Of a stretch of 38,900 nucleotides of DNA, positions 25,701 to 35,853 are shown piece by piece; position 1 is the stretch's first letter, and the number at the start of each line of letters is the position of its first letter. This stretch comes from a virus. Lineage: Duplodnaviria > Caudoviricetes. The notes beneath the pieces are model-generated. The model was not told the origin of the DNA. It made no database searches and worked only from the letters and a program-made list of their open reading frames with translations. Both the position numbers and the translations under genes were made by a program. The stretch is taken from IMG/VR virus record IMGVR_UViG_3300006879_001214, positions 1-38,900 of that record; one strand, 5' to 3'.

Positions 25701-27092
25701 GGAATCGCAAGCGGAGTAAATGGAGTAATTTCTGCTGTTGAATGGGTGTTGAAGAAGTTTGATTCTGACAAAACACTAGGTAGATGGAAACCAGCCGATA
25801 CATTTAAGTGGTACGCTCACGGCACAAAAGGAGCACATCCCGGAGGCCCGGCTGTTGTAGGTGATGGCAAAGGCTCAAACGCAGGTTCTGAATTGATGCA
25901 AGATCCGAAAGGTAATTTTTCATTAAGTCCTGCTAAACCAACATTAATCCCAAACATGCCAAAGGGTACCCAAGTATGGTCTGCAACCGAAACAAGGGAA
26001 GCATTAACTCCTCAATATGCTTGGGGTATAAATTTCAAAGACGTTGCTAAAGCCTTAAAGCTTGGAGGAGAAGCTATGACTTACTCCGATTCCAAGACTA
26101 ATAGAGTACTAGGAAAAGCGGCGGAAGGAATCGGAACAGGAATAGACGTTTACACTGATGCACCCAAGACGTTACTAAATGCAGGGTTAAAAGCAATGGG
26201 TGTAGAGGTACCTAATTTTCCTGCTGCAATCGGTGATATGGCTAAAGGAGGCTTCAATTACGCTAAGAAAAAGGCTGTCAGTTTTATAAAGAGAACACAA
26301 GATGATGAATTAGAAAGTGTTGCCAGTCCTGTGTCTGGTGGAGCTTCTGCTTGGAGATCTCATATTAAAAAAGCCGCAGCAAGAATGAATGAATCTATAA
26401 CAAATACTCATATTAATGGTATTATCGCTCAAATCAATCGTGAGTCTGGCGGTAATGAGAAGATCACACAATCACCTCAAGTTGTAGACGTTAACACATT
26501 AGCAGGGAACCCTGCACGAGGTTTATTGCAGTATATTCCACAAACTTTTGCTGCATATAAAATGAAAGGCCATAACAATATTTACTCAGGTTATGATCAG
26601 TTGCTAGCTTTTTTCAACAACAAAAATTGGAGAAAAGATTTACCATATGGCACACGAGGGTGGGGGCCTACTGGTGTACGTAAGTTTGCTACTGGAGGCT
26701 TAATTAAAAAGAAACAGTTAGCAATGTTGGCTGAAGAAGGGCATCCGGAAATGGTCATTCCCACAGATCCTAAGCGTAGATCAGATGCTATGAAGCTACT
26801 AGCGTTAACTGGCAAGATGCTGGGTGTAGGTGAAGATGATAGTGGAAGCGTTAGACCAAATAGATTACCTAATGTTAGACAAAGAGACAATAGCAGTCAA
26901 AGTGATGAGATTGCATATCTGAATAAGAGTGTAGAGTTGCTAACAGAAATGATGGGGCACTTAGTAAATGGCAAAGGGTTTAAAGACATTAATCAGCATA
27001 TTACCATAAACAGTCCTGATGCAACATCGCCAGCAGACAATGCAAGAAAAATTAAACAAGCTAGTCGTCAATTAGCAGCAGAATGGAGGTGA
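22800..27092 (+). CDS. Tape measure protein with C-terminal lytic transglycosylase
   Basis: 1430 aa; TP901-type core, W/F-spaced repeats, INRESGGN...GLLQYI SLT motif. Confidence 0.95.
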   Translation: MASPIGDMIIKVDLDSSGVNKSMTGINRQLKSVNSEMRANLSSFGRAEKSTEKYGVKIDGLTKRQKLQKESVEQARKEYQEMVKQHGENSAKAEGAAIKLNEQIALYEETGRELSNLSSEFEEFQRQQEIQASKWHKVGSALDGIGDKMQAIGGKMQDVGKSMSMKITAPIVALGGLAVKTGLDYEASMSRVAATSGATGKDLDNLKDKAREMGRTTQFSASESAEAMNFMAMAGWDAEEMMGGISGVMDLAAASGEDLASVSDIVTDGLSAFGLQAEDSGRFADVLASASSNANTNIGIMGESFKNVAPVAGAMGYSIEDTSVALGLMANAGIKGSKSGTALRNMMTNLAKPTDQMKGAMDELGLSLKDSDGEMKSFDDIMQDLRGSFADLDEGQKAQYASTLFGKEAMSGALAVINASEEDYNDLAGAIDNSEGAASDMADIVNDNLKGSLKETMSAIQDLGISIYEILQPALMKVSEKVREAVNWINNLSPAMKTTIVVLAGIAAAIGPVLLGLGTLIKTFGLITSTIGVAMKGIVGMGGAMTLLSNPVGWVIAAIAALTAGFVLLYKKSETFRNFIHKLGATLKQVFHTIMDAVQPMIDKIVGFFQDNIPKLIEGVKNLLSSVAKFIKPAIDGIVSFFQGIISTLKSFWDKEGKQIMKAVQNIADFIIGYFKFAFGIWESIVKSLWTVVKWAFDKILSIIDFIMPAVLFIIETVWGNIKGVISGTLDVIMGAVKVFSGMFTGDFSKMWEGVKQMFTGAIKAVWNYIQLLFIGRILKAIGSFVSLFSGLIKSMWTGIKSVFSTVIKWIVEFVKNRFTAMGNTINTITTTIRNIISKIWNGILSFFKTVIKGIVDFVKQRFTNLKNNTTNIFTGVRDMAKRVWNKTKDNIVNPIKNGVNWAIKKFNGFKDSVTETFKNIKDNVFGYVSDMIQKVKDMPGNMKDNIVKGAGKVKDGMLEIGRKMVDGIASGVNGVISAVEWVLKKFDSDKTLGRWKPADTFKWYAHGTKGAHPGGPAVVGDGKGSNAGSELMQDPKGNFSLSPAKPTLIPNMPKGTQVWSATETREALTPQYAWGINFKDVAKALKLGGEAMTYSDSKTNRVLGKAAEGIGTGIDVYTDAPKTLLNAGLKAMGVEVPNFPAAIGDMAKGGFNYAKKKAVSFIKRTQDDELESVASPVSGGASAWRSHIKKAAARMNESITNTHINGIIAQINRESGGNEKITQSPQVVDVNTLAGNPARGLLQYIPQTFAAYKMKGHNNIYSGYDQLLAFFNNKNWRKDLPYGTRGWGPTGVRKFATGGLIKKKQLAMLAEEGHPEMVIPTDPKRRSDAMKLLALTGKMLGVGEDDSGSVRPNRLPNVRQRDNSSQSDEIAYLNKSVELLTEMMGHLVNGKGFKDINQHITINSPDATSPADNARKIKQASRQLAAEWR

Positions 27093-27099
27093 TAGATAA

Positions 27100-27948
27100 A
27101 TGAGACGATTGACTTATGAAAACAGTCGAGGTGAACAGGTTGAGTTTTATCTGTCACCTCTGATCATTGAATCATTAGAAGGAATTGGCGAGGTTGATGC
27201 AGACATACAAAGTCAGCAGTCACCTTATCAAGACGGAGATAATTATATAGATACATTATTACAACCTAGATTTATTGAGTTAGAAGGTTCTATTTTAAAG
27301 ACTGATCTAACAGATATCAAACAGTACAGGAAGCATATATTACGTGTATGTAATCCAAAGCTGGGATTGGGTAAGATTACACTAGAATTAGATGGCGATA
27401 TTAAGGAGATAATGGGAGTGCTTGATGGCTCACCAGTATTTCCAGAACGCTCACAGGATGTATGGCAAAAGTTTATGATCGATTGGAAGTGTCCTGATCC
27501 ATACTGGAAGGATCTGAATAGCACTTCTAAGCCATTGCAGTCTTATGTAGGCAATTTTAAGCTACCAACAACCTTTCCTATTCAATTGGGGATAAGTGGT
27601 GACAGGACACTGTTAATCAATGAAGGTGATGTACCAACTCCAGTTAGAATTGATGTCAGCGGACAAACAACAAATCCACAAATCATCAATAGAACAACAG
27701 GAGAATATATCAGAATTAACCGTACAATCGCAGATGACGAAATACTACATATCAATACAGCAAGTGGACAACAACGCGTGGAAGTATATCGAGACAATAC
27801 GATTGAGCAGGGATTTGGATATTTGGATCATAACTCTGAATTATTTATGTTAGAAGTTGGAGAAAATGAGATTGAACATATTGCGGATGCAGGCAATGCT
27901 AAAGCAATGGTAGCTGTTAGTTGGCAAAGCAGATATACAGGAATGTAA
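27100..27948 (+). CDS. Distal tail (Dit) protein
   Basis: SPYQDG, CPDPYW, NEGDVPTP, LEVGENEI. Confidence 0.88.
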   Translation: MRRLTYENSRGEQVEFYLSPLIIESLEGIGEVDADIQSQQSPYQDGDNYIDTLLQPRFIELEGSILKTDLTDIKQYRKHILRVCNPKLGLGKITLELDGDIKEIMGVLDGSPVFPERSQDVWQKFMIDWKCPDPYWKDLNSTSKPLQSYVGNFKLPTTFPIQLGISGDRTLLINEGDVPTPVRIDVSGQTTNPQIINRTTGEYIRINRTIADDEILHINTASGQQRVEVYRDNTIEQGFGYLDHNSELFMLEVGENEIEHIADAGNAKAMVAVSWQSRYTGM

Positions 27949-28007
27949 TAGTAACGCAGAAGCACTCCATTCGGGGTGCTTTTTATATTGAGAAAGGAAA
28001 TGATTAG

Positions 28008-28976
28008 ATGGAAAAAAGTTATTTTTTCGATAGTACAGAAGATGACCAGCGAATTTATCAAGCAGCAGACTTTGCAAGATTCCATGCTCAAATTATCGGC
28101 AATGGTGTATCCAATACAACCAATTTACCCGACCTCACTGTATCAGCAAAAACAAACATGGATGTATCTTTAGGTGCTGGCTACATGTTCGCAAATGGGT
28201 ACATGTACGAAAACTCATCCACAATGAACATGAAGCATGATATCGCTGATCCAAATAATGATCGCATAGATAGAATTGTTATTAGGTTTGATAATGATCC
28301 TGCGGAAAGGAAAATATATGCAGTGATTAAAAAAGGGACAGCAGCAAGGAATCCAGCACCTCCATCTGTTTCACGTACTAGCTATGTGCATGAGATGAGT
28401 GTAGCGCAGATAAGAATTAAAGCAGGTAAATCATACATTGAACAGTCTGAGATTACTGATGAACGTGCTAATGATGATGTGTGTGGGTTTATTCCATTGC
28501 ATAATATCTATAGAGGGATGCAGATTAACGAATTGGGCATGGTTACAATGCCAAATCAGTCATTTATTAAAACCCAGAATAATAATGAGCAAACGCTCGG
28601 AAATGATGAATCATTAAGCTCCGCAACTCCAATAAAATTTGGAAATATAATTGAGGATAAACAAAATGAGGTAAGTAGCGATTCTCAATTTACAGCAAAA
28701 GCAGATGGAGTCTATAATTATTGGGTGGAGGTTGCGTTTGACAATGGTGTTATGCCAGCAAACTCGGAGCTGCACATTTACGCTTTTGTGAATGGCAAGG
28801 AAGGTTTCCCTTTGGGCACGAAATTATTCAGTGATCCAAAGGATAATTTTATGGTAGTGAATGGATTTGACAGCTTAAGCAAAGGCGATAAGGTTGATTT
28901 TAGAGTTACATCTTATCAGCTAAGTGGGAATGTTGGTACAAGGTTTTCGCGCGTTCGTGTTGCGAAGTTGGCATAA
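28008..28976 (+). CDS. Baseplate/tail structural protein
   Basis: SYFFDS...DRIDRIVIR...ITDER...CG N-terminal module; beta-rich C-terminus. Confidence 0.7.
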   Translation: MEKSYFFDSTEDDQRIYQAADFARFHAQIIGNGVSNTTNLPDLTVSAKTNMDVSLGAGYMFANGYMYENSSTMNMKHDIADPNNDRIDRIVIRFDNDPAERKIYAVIKKGTAARNPAPPSVSRTSYVHEMSVAQIRIKAGKSYIEQSEITDERANDDVCGFIPLHNIYRGMQINELGMVTMPNQSFIKTQNNNEQTLGNDESLSSATPIKFGNIIEDKQNEVSSDSQFTAKADGVYNYWVEVAFDNGVMPANSELHIYAFVNGKEGFPLGTKLFSDPKDNFMVVNGFDSLSKGDKVDFRVTSYQLSGNVGTRFSRVRVAKLA

Positions 28977-28991
28977 GGAAGGTGAATTATA

Positions 28992-31900
28992 TTGAAAATG
29001 CCTATACGTGTTTACAATGAGTTTTTAGATTTACTATCGGAAACGGACAGTTATCAGTCATTACAGTTTAAACGAAGTTTTCACAGTGTTGGAGACTTTG
29101 AGCTGCATATAAACCGATATATGCACGGTGCCGACAACTTCCAAAAGGGTAACATTATAGCACTTAACAAGCAATCAAACAAAGTGGGTATAATCTTATC
29201 AAAAGAAATAGAACTGGATGAGAGTGGTAAAGAAACGGAGAATTTCAAATTAACGGGTTCTACACTTGATGCCGTGATGAACAGACGTATTACTGTACCA
29301 CCTGCTGATGCATCGCACGATAAGAAAAGTGGAAGTGCTGAAACAGTTATGAAGCATTACGTATATAACAACTTTGTAATTCCTGAAGATCGTGAGCGTA
29401 TATTAGATATCCTTGAGATAGCACCAAGTAAAAACAGAGGTAAACAAGTAACTAGAGAGTCACGTTACAAAGCTGTTTCTGATGAGTTAGAAGCAATATC
29501 CATTGAATCTAACTTAGGTTGGGGAGTATTTGCAGATTTTAACACTAAGAAGCTTATTTTTGATTGCTTTGAATCAAAGGATTTAACACAAGATAACCCC
29601 CAAGGTAATTCACCAGTATTCTTTTCACCAGAATTTGAGACAATTAAATCTCAAGGCTTTATAGACAGTGACTTAGATTTAAGAAATGTTGGTTATGTAG
29701 GTGGGCAAGGTGAAGGTAAGGATAGAAAGATTGTAACCATTGGTGATACTGGTGGTTGGGAGCGTATGGAAACATTCGTTGATGCAAGAGATGTGGGTAC
29801 AGAGGATGAGGACGAGGAAGAAGAGTTAACCGAAGAAGAAATTGTAGAAATGCTTACTGATCGCGGTAATGAGAAGCTAAGTGAAATGGAAACAGTTTTT
29901 TCACTTGAAGCCCAAATACTAACTCCGGTTACTAGGTTGTCATATGATGAAGATACTCAAAACAGTATGCAAAAACAAGTAACACCATTTCAGTATGAAC
30001 GGGATTTCGACTTGGGTGATAAAGTACAAGTTGTTAACAAATCATGGGGACTAACCATGACTGCACCTATCACCGAGTTTTTGGAGGTTCATGAGCAGAG
30101 TGGATTTAAGCTTGAAGCAACATTTGGTCAATCAAGACCAACACTTATCACTAAGATTAAAGATAAGTTTGATGAGTTAGAAGGCATAGAAAAGCAAGAA
30201 GCACCCACAATGGTAGCTGTTGAGAAGATGAAGGAAGCTATCAACTATTCGGACGATAAATTATCAGAAGAAGAGCGCAAACGAATCGAACAAGCAAAAG
30301 CCAACTTGGAATCCTCTAAAGAATATGCTGATGAGCAAGATGTAGTGTATGATGACATAGCTAAAAAAGATGCAAGCGATAAGTCTGAACAGGCTAAAGA
30401 GCACGCTAATGAACAAGATATCATTTACGATGGTATAGCCAAAGAAGATGCTAAGAATAAGGCTAATCAAGCTGAATCTAATGCAAACAACTACACTAAC
30501 ACAGTTGGCGATGAGCTGCGCAAAGGCATAGAAAACACATTAGATGCAATTGATGTAGCAATGAAGCTTGTCGATGCCGATATGGATAGAATAGAAAATG
30601 AAGTTATACCAGAAGTTGAACAAACCATCAAAGAAAATAATATCCCCAAACAAAATAATCCTCCTGAAACTATTCCAGAAAGTGGTCTATGGTGGGACAC
30701 TTCAGTTAAGCCGTCAAGACTTAAGAGATGGGATGATTCAACTGAACAATGGTTTCCACTAGCTCCTACAGATGAAGAGGTTGACAGCCTAATACAAGGC
30801 ATGAGAGACGAAGCAATCCAAGCAGGTAAGTCTTATACTGAGGAAGAGATACAAGCCACTGAGAAAGCTATACTGGATGAATTGAAGAGTCAAACAGGTG
30901 ATATCAATGAACATATTGAAAGCCTTGACGAGCTTGCAGATAGCCTTAAAGATCGTGCCAATCAGATTGATGAATTGATCAATGAACAAGGCGATAAGAT
31001 TAGCAATATGGAATTGGATATTGATGAAGTAGACAATAAAATCACAGCCACAGTGGAAGATATCGAGCGTATAGATGATGTTACTAATGCCAACTCCACC
31101 CAAATCGGAATCCAAGCCGGACTCATTTCTGCCAAGTTAGATTCCTCTACTTACAAGACTGATAAAAGTGGAATTTTATCTGAAATTGAAGCCAATAAAA
31201 CAGCGATAACAGCGACTTCTGAGCAGGTAAATTTGAGAGTTACCAAGGAAGAGTTTGAAAAAGGTATTGATGGAATTGAAATTGGTGGGCGGAACTTAAT
31301 TAGTTCTCACCCAGATAATTGGACTGGCGCTCCCAAGCTAGAAATTGTCAGTGATAATCATTTCGTTGTGTTAAACCCCGAAAATACAACTTGGGGAAGA
31401 GCGGAATCGCAAAGGGTATTGGTGAAAGATGGGGATACGGTAACAGCAGGTATTGAGTTGATTGACTATGAGGGAAGAATAAGCTTTCAAATTAGGAATG
31501 TAGATGATAATAGAGCACCCGCTTCTATGTGGTTCGACAAGGGGGACAAACAGAGAAGACACTCACACACCTGGACAAACGATACAGGGGTGGACGTAAA
31601 CATTGCGATATGGGTAACAGTGTACGGCGATTCCTCGGGCAATGACGGACAACAATATGTCGAAGTAAAAGAGGCAAAAATTGAAAAAGGTAACAAAGCT
31701 ACCGATTGGACGCCTGCACCTGAAGATACATCTGAGCGCATCTCTAAAACAGAAGCAGATATTTCAATATTAGCGGAAGGCATCTCACTCAAGGCAGAAA
31801 AAGATGAAGTCTACACTCGCTCACAGATTGATACCAGCTTAGGTAAAAAGGTGAATGAATCAGTCTACAGTAAGAAAGTTGGTGAATTGACCACCTCAAT

Positions 31901-34367
31901 TAATGGAATTAGCGGACGTGTAAGTGATGTATCCTCTATTGTAGATAAAAATACAGGAGATATAAAATCAGCCAATTCACAGATTTCAGCATTAGATATC
32001 AAAGCTGGAAAAATTGAGTCAAGTGTGAGTGACATCAGTAGTGATTTAACATCTGCTAACAAAGCTATTTCCAAAGTGGAGCAGCGAGCAGGTAGTATTG
32101 AGTCCTCTGTTAGTAAGATTGAAACTGATGTGAGTGGTCTAGAAGGGGAAATGACTGCTGTTCGGACGGATATTAGTCAAATGCCTGATAAGATCGAATT
32201 TGCTGTCAGTGAAGGTATTGATGGCTTGGATATTGGCGGGAGGAATTTAATTTTTAATAGTGACTTCTCCAATAAACTGCAACACTGGAGAATATCAGAT
32301 TCAACTTACGCAATAGATGGAAATGAGATAACCGTGACCAGTGAAAAAAACGGCTCTTGGCCGCGTCTTCACAGTAGGTCAGCTTCCTTACATCATTTAA
32401 AAAAAGGGAGTACTTATACGATATCCTTTGTAGCAAAAGGAGACCCTGGGGGTTCTAATACCGTTAGAATTGCAACAACGAGTGGCAATAATAGGATTTT
32501 TCGATCTCCCACAATTGATTATAATCCTGAAGAATGGCAGTATTACGAATTCACGTTTACAGCGGAGAATAATGCCAACCAAGACACTCAATTAGGGTTC
32601 TGGATTGACGGGAACAAGACAGGTGTTCAAAGAACTAGGAGTTTCAAAGATATCAAGCTTGAAAAAGGTAATAAAGCCACCGACTGGACACCCGCGCCTG
32701 AAGATGGAGTCAATAAAACTAATGTTTTATCTAGTATAAACCTGAGTAAAGAAGGTATTAAAATTGAGGGCGATAAGATTGACATCAAAGGTCTAGTCTC
32801 ATTCATCAACTCAGATGGATCAGCTGGTACAGCCATAGATGGCAGCACTTTAGTCTCTGGTAGTATTACAGCTAACGAACTGAATGTAAATAACATATTC
32901 GGTAACTCAGCTGTAATCGGAAAGATTCAGTCCGACTCTGTGCTAACTGCTAACTTATCAGCCTCACAGATAACCACTGGAACATTTGATGCGGGCAAAG
33001 CTAGCATTATTAATTTAAGTGCCTCCTCTATCATTTCTGGTGAAATAGACGCTGCCAAAGTTAACATCAGAAACCTAAATGCTGAAGAGATTAAAACAGG
33101 TGTTTTAAAGGGTGTGGATATTACTGGTGTTAATATAACTGGTAGTAAACTGGTTAGTGCGTTGGACGCTGACAATTATACTGAGATAACTGGCGGGATT
33201 TTTGAGTCTCGTGGAATATACTCTAGGTCATGGCAAGGCACCACTAAAAAAAGTGATGTTAGAATGATGTTTGAGAGCGGATACCTGCGCGCCAGAAACG
33301 AAACTGAAGATCACTCGCTATACTTTTCCGATTTTGGGATTTCTACCTATGCTAACGGCTCTGGCGACCAAGAAGAGGGTACAGCGAATGTTTCATCTGG
33401 GTCAATTATTTTTCGAGACAGAACCTACAGTTCGGCAAATAGTCTTTTAATGCACTCACATTATGGGGCTGTAGCTTTAAGATCTGAATACAACACAGTA
33501 TTCGTACACGGTGCAAACTCTGTAAACCTAGACAGCGACACTTCAAGTATTTATATGAGACCCATGAAAGAAAATAGAGCAGGAACCAACGAATTTAGGT
33601 TTTGGGTTAAGAACAACGACAGTGAGTTTTACACTGATGGCGTTTTAACCTATGGAAACCCCTCTAGCCAGACCTTTGGGTCAGGATTACGATTTAGCAA
33701 AGAAAGTAATGGGAACACTGTATACGCGACAAATCACAATGGAGACATCGACTCAGGCAATTTCCGTGCCGATCGCTTCATTGGCAACCTAGAAACCTCG
33801 ACTGATAATGCCTACGTGCTCGTTAATGATAGGCTAAGAGTAACAGATAAGAGCGGATACAATAACGGGAGTCCTAATTATAAGGGGATACAAGCACATG
33901 AGTTGATGGCTAACAGTTTGAGAGTTAATTCTGGAAACCTGTTTTTGGGAACTTCCACTGGAGAAGTTCAAGTAACAAACAACCTCCTATACAACGGTGG
34001 TGACATAGGATATAGACCATTAAAAGCGTCTAAGGTAGTAGAGACTTCAAGTGAAAAATACAAGCGTGACATACGCAAATTTGATGATAGTGCGCTTGAT
34101 TTAATTAACCAGTCTGTGATCTATGACTATCAGAAAGATGGCTCGGAGGATAGAGAAATCGGATTAATTATTGAACGTGAAATGCCTAGCTGTATTGTCT
34201 ATGGGGATGATGCGGTCGATGGATATTCTATGCGGTCACTGTCATGGAAAGCCATACAGGAGTTGTCTGAAAGAGACGATGAGAAAGATAAAAAAATCAG
34301 ATTGCAAAATGAAAAAATATTGCAATTGAAGGCTAGAATTGAAAAACTGGAAGAAATATTGAGATGA
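28992..34367 (+). CDS. Tail tip/central fibre: Gp37-like N-term, coiled coil, two carbohydrate-binding-like modules, C-terminal intramolecular chaperone (S74)
   Basis: GGQGEG, DFDLGD; two GGRNL...EKGNKATDWTPAPED units; SSEKYKRDI...IGLIIE; 1791 aa. Confidence 0.85.
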   Translation: MKMPIRVYNEFLDLLSETDSYQSLQFKRSFHSVGDFELHINRYMHGADNFQKGNIIALNKQSNKVGIILSKEIELDESGKETENFKLTGSTLDAVMNRRITVPPADASHDKKSGSAETVMKHYVYNNFVIPEDRERILDILEIAPSKNRGKQVTRESRYKAVSDELEAISIESNLGWGVFADFNTKKLIFDCFESKDLTQDNPQGNSPVFFSPEFETIKSQGFIDSDLDLRNVGYVGGQGEGKDRKIVTIGDTGGWERMETFVDARDVGTEDEDEEEELTEEEIVEMLTDRGNEKLSEMETVFSLEAQILTPVTRLSYDEDTQNSMQKQVTPFQYERDFDLGDKVQVVNKSWGLTMTAPITEFLEVHEQSGFKLEATFGQSRPTLITKIKDKFDELEGIEKQEAPTMVAVEKMKEAINYSDDKLSEEERKRIEQAKANLESSKEYADEQDVVYDDIAKKDASDKSEQAKEHANEQDIIYDGIAKEDAKNKANQAESNANNYTNTVGDELRKGIENTLDAIDVAMKLVDADMDRIENEVIPEVEQTIKENNIPKQNNPPETIPESGLWWDTSVKPSRLKRWDDSTEQWFPLAPTDEEVDSLIQGMRDEAIQAGKSYTEEEIQATEKAILDELKSQTGDINEHIESLDELADSLKDRANQIDELINEQGDKISNMELDIDEVDNKITATVEDIERIDDVTNANSTQIGIQAGLISAKLDSSTYKTDKSGILSEIEANKTAITATSEQVNLRVTKEEFEKGIDGIEIGGRNLISSHPDNWTGAPKLEIVSDNHFVVLNPENTTWGRAESQRVLVKDGDTVTAGIELIDYEGRISFQIRNVDDNRAPASMWFDKGDKQRRHSHTWTNDTGVDVNIAIWVTVYGDSSGNDGQQYVEVKEAKIEKGNKATDWTPAPEDTSERISKTEADISILAEGISLKAEKDEVYTRSQIDTSLGKKVNESVYSKKVGELTTSINGISGRVSDVSSIVDKNTGDIKSANSQISALDIKAGKIESSVSDISSDLTSANKAISKVEQRAGSIESSVSKIETDVSGLEGEMTAVRTDISQMPDKIEFAVSEGIDGLDIGGRNLIFNSDFSNKLQHWRISDSTYAIDGNEITVTSEKNGSWPRLHSRSASLHHLKKGSTYTISFVAKGDPGGSNTVRIATTSGNNRIFRSPTIDYNPEEWQYYEFTFTAENNANQDTQLGFWIDGNKTGVQRTRSFKDIKLEKGNKATDWTPAPEDGVNKTNVLSSINLSKEGIKIEGDKIDIKGLVSFINSDGSAGTAIDGSTLVSGSITANELNVNNIFGNSAVIGKIQSDSVLTANLSASQITTGTFDAGKASIINLSASSIISGEIDAAKVNIRNLNAEEIKTGVLKGVDITGVNITGSKLVSALDADNYTEITGGIFESRGIYSRSWQGTTKKSDVRMMFESGYLRARNETEDHSLYFSDFGISTYANGSGDQEEGTANVSSGSIIFRDRTYSSANSLLMHSHYGAVALRSEYNTVFVHGANSVNLDSDTSSIYMRPMKENRAGTNEFRFWVKNNDSEFYTDGVLTYGNPSSQTFGSGLRFSKESNGNTVYATNHNGDIDSGNFRADRFIGNLETSTDNAYVLVNDRLRVTDKSGYNNGSPNYKGIQAHELMANSLRVNSGNLFLGTSTGEVQVTNNLLYNGGDIGYRPLKASKVVETSSEKYKRDIRKFDDSALDLINQSVIYDYQKDGSEDREIGLIIEREMPSCIVYGDDAVDGYSMRSLSWKAIQELSERDDEKDKKIRLQNEKILQLKARIEKLEEILR

Positions 34368-34531
34368 GTAAAGAGCGACTACTGTGTTAGTTGCTCTTTT
34401 TTCTATCAAAAAGAGAAAGGGTGGTTAGGTGAATATTCCTAAAATATATAATGACCCTGTTGTCGCTAGGATGCGCAGCGGGAGAGCGGGGTCACCGTTT
34501 AACGGCAAAACAATAAGGAGATGGATAAAGT

Positions 34532-34978
34532 ATGCAAGTAAAAATTAAAAATCATTTATTAGAGCAGTCCATTGGGCTGCTTTTTAATTTGTCATTAAAA
34601 GGTAAGCAATCACGACATCGGACTAAGTTTGTCAAACAACTAAACGAACGATTACAAGAAGTAGCCGAACAGGAGAAAGAAGTTATCAAGGAAAATTGTC
34701 ACTTAGATGATGAAGGAAATCCTAAGACAATTAATGATGGTAAGACTTACGATGTAAAAGATATGGATGCATTAGTTAAGGATAAACAGGAGTTGTTAAA
34801 TGAAGAAATGGTTATTGACGGTGGGGACAGTCAGTCTATGTTGATGACTATTAGAACTGTCTTAGATGAATGTGATAAAGAATTTAGCGGTCAGGAAGCC
34901 GTACTGTATGAGTATTTATGTGAACAATTTAAAGTGGATGAAGACATAGAAAATACTAAAGAAAAGGATGATCAATAA
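34532..34978 (+). CDS. DUF1617-like phage protein
   Basis: LSLKGKQSRHRTKF motif, position after tail fibre. Confidence 0.7.
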   Translation: MQVKIKNHLLEQSIGLLFNLSLKGKQSRHRTKFVKQLNERLQEVAEQEKEVIKENCHLDDEGNPKTINDGKTYDVKDMDALVKDKQELLNEEMVIDGGDSQSMLMTIRTVLDECDKEFSGQEAVLYEYLCEQFKVDEDIENTKEKDDQ

Positions 34979-35199
34979 TGGCTAAAATCACAGTGAAGAT
35001 GAATGATGGAACAACTCAAATTGTAGAGGTGGCAGATTATGATGCACAAGAAATTGCAGATATGTTGAACGACAATCAAAACAACATGTGTGCGATTGGA
35101 ACTGGTGCTAGTGCAGTTGTGGTGCAACGTTACTCAGTGGTTAGAGTGACTCCAGTTGATTTAGTAGACGATTCTGACGATGAAGACGGCAGCCTTTAA
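34978..35199 (+). CDS. Hypothetical protein
   Basis: 73 aa, TAATG overlap. Confidence 0.7.
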   Translation: MAKITVKMNDGTTQIVEVADYDAQEIADMLNDNQNNMCAIGTGASAVVVQRYSVVRVTPVDLVDDSDDEDGSL

Positions 35200-35226
35200 T
35201 TAGGTTGCTTTTTTTATTTAGGAGGG

Positions 35227-35523
35227 TTGAATTTGCCAGAGCGAAACGAATGGTACAACAATAAACAACTTTTCGAGCAAATTATAGCAATGCAAGAAGA
35301 GTTCCACGGTCTCAGAGGTGAAATGCGTGAGACACGGATGTTAATGAAACAATACAACGGATTGCGAGAAGAGATAGGTATCGTAAAAGAAAAGGTTGAA
35401 CAAATGGAATTTGAGCAACAAGGCAGAAACTCAGTTGGTGCAGCTATCCGAAATTGGGGTGGATGGATTTTTGCTTTGATTACTTTAATTGTTTTATTAA
35501 TTAAGTTTGGGGGTGGTATGTGA
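35227..35523 (+). CDS. Coiled-coil protein with C-terminal TM (lysis cassette accessory)
   Basis: RBS AGGAGG, TTG start; upstream of holin. Confidence 0.65.
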   Translation: MNLPERNEWYNNKQLFEQIIAMQEEFHGLRGEMRETRMLMKQYNGLREEIGIVKEKVEQMEFEQQGRNSVGAAIRNWGGWIFALITLIVLLIKFGGGM

Positions 35524-35774
35524 TGAATAAAGGAATGATTATCAGAGCTGCAGTGTTAGTAGTGGCTTTACTCAATCAGATACTGGTTATGGCAGGACTT
35601 AATCCACTTCCGTTTGAAAATGAAGAATTGGAAATGGGATTGACAGCAGTATTTACAGTCGCAGCTACATTGTGGAATTGGTTTAAGAATAACTCAGTAA
35701 CTAAAGAAGCAAAGGAAGCAGACGAGTATTTAGCTGAGTTAAAGGAAATCAAGAAGCAAAACAAGCAAGCATAA
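35523..35774 (+). CDS. Holin, SPP1 family
   Basis: IIRAAVLVVALLNQ...NPLP...WNWFKNNSVT. Confidence 0.9.
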   Translation: MNKGMIIRAAVLVVALLNQILVMAGLNPLPFENEELEMGLTAVFTVAATLWNWFKNNSVTKEAKEADEYLAELKEIKKQNKQA

Positions 35775-35853
35775 TTACATAAATTTACATAATTTTAGGA
35801 TTGTCATTAATTTGGCAGTCCTATTTTTTATGGGAAAATGAGGAGAATGTTAA

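Noticed and set aside
31261-32707. DGR template/variable repeat pair
   Set aside because: No reverse transcriptase; differences are synonymous-type, not adenine-specific
23351-33175. Numerous minus-strand ORFs within tape measure and tail genes
   Set aside because: Shadow ORFs fully overlapping well-supported plus-strand genes
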